Of a DNA stretch of 64,000 bases, positions 61,329 to 64,000 are shown one piece after another (positions within the stretch are counted from its first letter, which is position 1; the number at the start of each line of letters is the position of its first letter). The stretch lies in assembly GCA_038087875.1 (NCBI GenBank), contig CM075999.1, positions 2,544,001 to 2,608,000 on the forward strand, read 5' to 3'. The position numbers and the translations under genes are program-made. The stretch comes from Malacoraja senta. Lineage: Eukaryota. The notes beneath the pieces are model-generated. The model was not told where the DNA came from and did not search any database. It was given only the letters and a program-made list of their open reading frames with translations.

Positions 61329-62410
61329 CGGCGATCGTTTCGCTGAGCACCTCCGCTCAGTCCACCTGATCTCCCGGTTGCCAAACACTTTAACTCCCCC
61401 TCTCGTGGCTTGATTCGGCAACTTGTGCGCCCTGGAGAGGAAAAGACTACAAAGAGTAGTAAACACTGCCCAGTCCATCATCAGCTCTGACCTCCCTTCC
61501 ATCGAGGGGATCTATCGCAGTCGCTGCCTCAAAAAGGCTGGCAGTATCATCAAGGACCCACACCATCCTGGCCACACACTCATCTCCCTACTACCTTCAG
61601 GTAGAAGGTACAGGAGCCTGAAGACTGCAACGACCAGGTTCAGGAATAGCTACTTCCCCACAGCCATCAGGCTATTGAACTCGGCTCGGACAAAACTCTG
61701 AACATTAATAGCCCATTATCTGTTATTTGCACTTTATCAGTTTATTTATTCATGTGTGTGTATATATTTATATAATGGTATATGGACACAATGATCTGTT
61801 CTGTATTCATGCCTGCTATGTTCTGTTGTGCTGAAGCAAAGCAAGAATTTCATTGTCCTATCTGGGACACATGACAATAAACTCTCTTGAACTTGAACAT
61901 TCCCACACTGACCTCTCTGTCCTGGGCCTCCTCCACTGCTAGAGTGAGGCCCAGCGCAAATTGGTGGAACAGCACCTCATATTTCACTTGGGCAGCTTAC
62001 ACCCCAGTGGTATGAACATTGACTTCTCTAACTTCATGTAACCCTTGCTTTCCCTCTCTCTCCATCCCCGCCCCCTTCCCAGTTCTCCCAACAGTCTTAC
62101 TGTCTCCGACTACATGTTCTCTCTGTTTGCTTTGTTGTTACCTTCTCCCAGCTAACAATGATCTATTCTACATTTTCCTTGATCCCAACAAACAGGTAAC
62201 AAGCTAACAATGGCCTGTTTCCTTTATCATCGTAACTTTTTTGCATATCTTTCATTCATTGTTCTTTATCTCTCCACATCACCGCCTATATCTCTCGTTT
62301 CCCTTATCCCTAACTAGTCTGAAGAAGGGTCTCGACCCGAAACGTCACCCATTCCTTCTCTCCAGAGATGCTGCCTGTCCCGCTGAGTTACTCCAGCACT
62401 TGGTGTCTAT
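61329..62410 (+). mobile_element. Penelope-like 3' fragment split by a Rex1 insertion; intact hammerhead motif at 62319-62346
   Basis: GDRFAEHLRSV..HFNSPS|insert|HSHTDLSVLGLLHC..; CTGAAGAAGGGTCTCGACCCGAAACGTC. Confidence 0.87.
61403..61897 (+). mobile_element. Rex1/Babar-clade LINE 3' end, same subfamily as 7884-8490
   Basis: ALERKRLQRVVNTAQSIISSDLPSIEGIYRSRCLKKAGSIIKDPHHPGHTLISLLPSGRRYRSLKTATTRFRNSYFPTAIRLLN. Confidence 0.9.
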
Positions 62411-62817
62411 CAAAGATCCTATATCGAAGCAAGATAGACCACTCCATCTAAATGCAATGGGCTGACGTGTAGTACGCAACGGAGCGGAACGTGGGCCTTT
62501 TTTTAATCCATTTCAGTAACCCGACCCAACCCGACCCGACTCGCAGTGTAATCAACGTTGTGGGGGAACAGTTTGTGGTTAATAAATACAAATTCTGAAA
62601 ATGAGAAGATTTTTCCCAAATAACTTTTATTTTTACGAGGATGTTTCCGTAACCGGCTTCCGTCTCCGCACTAGTATCTTTGCTCCGCTATGGGATCTTT
62701 GGTGCGGAGACGGAAGCTGGTTACGGAAATGGGGCCGAAAATTATCCATGAATCTGCCCATGACCGTACTACGTCTTTTTCGTCGAGTGATCTATCTTGC
62801 TCGCTATAGGATCTTTG
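62411..62817. mobile_element. TIR element (CA...TG termini, 2-bp AT TSD), superfamily uncertain (CMC/EnSpm-like)
   Basis: CAAAGATCCTATATCGAAGCAAGATAGACCACTC / GAGTGATCTATCTTGCTCGCTATAGGATCTTTG; AT at 62409-62410 and 62818-62819. Confidence 0.78.
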
Positions 62818-62825
62818 ATAGGACC

Positions 62826-63140
62826 ATCTACAGATGTGCCATAGAAAGCATTTGACCAGGATGCATCACAGCTTGGTTTGGTAAACATCTCCATCCAAGA
62901 CCGCAAGAAATTGCAGCGAATTGCGGATGCAGCCCAGACCCATCACGCAAACCAACCTCCCTTCCATCGACTCCATCTACACCTCACGCTGCCTCGGCAA
63001 GGCCAGCAGCATAATCAAGGACAAGTCGCACCCCGGCCACTCCCTCTTCTCCGCTCTCCCATCGGGCAAAAGGTACAGAAGTGTGAAAACGCACACACCT
63101 CCAGATTCAGGGACAGTTTCTTCTCAGCTGTTACCAGGCT
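62826..63140 (+). mobile_element. Rex1/Babar-clade LINE fragment
   Basis: YRCAIESI..GCITAWFGN/ISIQDRKKLQRIADAAQT/ITQTNLPSIDSIYTSRCLGKASSIIKDKSHPGHSLFSALPSGKRYRSVK (frameshifted). Confidence 0.85.
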
Positions 63141-63624
63141 TGCTATAGGATCTTTGGTGCCTATCACAGGTCTCTGGTCGTTGGTCGGATGCGGTAAGAG
63201 TCCACGAGGCGGCGATGAGGGGAAATAAATATGAAAGGAAGTTGAAAACAAACAAAGGCCGATCACAAACTCCTGAATTTGCTGCCAAAAGCGAATGTCC
63301 TTGGTGTGTGAGACAGATTCTGTCCTTCTGACTGAGTGAACATTTCACTGCCCGCCCCACCACGTTTTTGTTTGCTCGGAGAATTGTTGATGTCTGATGG
63401 GTGTGATCGATGTAGGCGCTGCCTACTGAGCTGAAAACCTGCAGAAGTGGAAAAAGGAAAATAGCTGTCATTGAATGTGTGACGGCTGTGTGCAGAATCC
63501 TGGAATTAATCCGCAGATCAACCGAATAAAAGCCAGCCAGCACTTCCCGCCCCCGAAATAAACAAACCCTCTGGTGACTGACCACATCTGCAGGTCTCTC
63601 ACTCACCCTAGACCATGTCAACAT

Positions 63625-64000
63625 CATAAGTTCATAAGTGATAGGAGCAAAAATCAGACCATTCGGCCCATCAATTGTACTCCACCATTTAATCATGGCT
63701 GATCTATCTCCCCCTCCCATTCTCCTGCCTTCTCCCCATAACCCCTGACACCCGTACTAATCATAGACATAGAAACGTGGAAAATAGGTGCAGGAGTAGG
63801 CCATTCGGCCCTTCTAGCCAGCATTCAATGTGATCATGGCTAATCATCCAAAATCAGTATCCCCGTTCCTGCTTTTTCCCCATATCCCTTAATTCCGTTA
63901 GCCTCAAGAGCTAAATCTAACTCTTGCTTGAAAACATCCAGTGAATTGGCCTCCACTGCCTTCTGTGGCAGAGAATTCCACAGATTCACAACTCTCTGGG
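63625..64000 (-). mobile_element. Two adjacent antisense CR1 3' ends, the second running off the window
   Basis: Reverse complements of the CTCCTATCACTTATGA and CCTATTTT..TTTCTATG tails. Confidence 0.87.

Overview
Eukaryotic, repeat-saturated non-coding DNA, almost certainly from a cartilaginous fish (skate/ray-like; inferred from HE1-type V-SINEs sharing their 3' tail with CR1/HER1 LINEs). No host protein-coding exon can be supported. The window is a mosaic of 5'-truncated CR1 LINE ends (at least four tail subfamilies), dozens of tRNA-derived V-SINEs, Penelope-like element (GIY-YIG) 3' ends carrying a minimal hammerhead motif, Rex1/Babar and L2 fragments, hAT, PIF/Harbinger and other TIR MITEs, simple repeats and two 200-N scaffold gaps, with AT/TAAT-rich unique islands that resemble conserved non-coding elements. 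Main discoveries: (i) a two-copy repeat whose 5' end folds into a CPEB3/HDV-like self-cleaving ribozyme (57501-57567; 33735-33801), probably the 5' UTR of an RTE-clade retrotransposon; (ii) hammerhead-bearing Penelope termini that have formed a palindromic mini-element inserted as a unit with 11-15 bp target-site duplications. Repeat boundaries are read by eye and are approximate unless a TSD is quoted; only representative SINE/LINE copies are listed.
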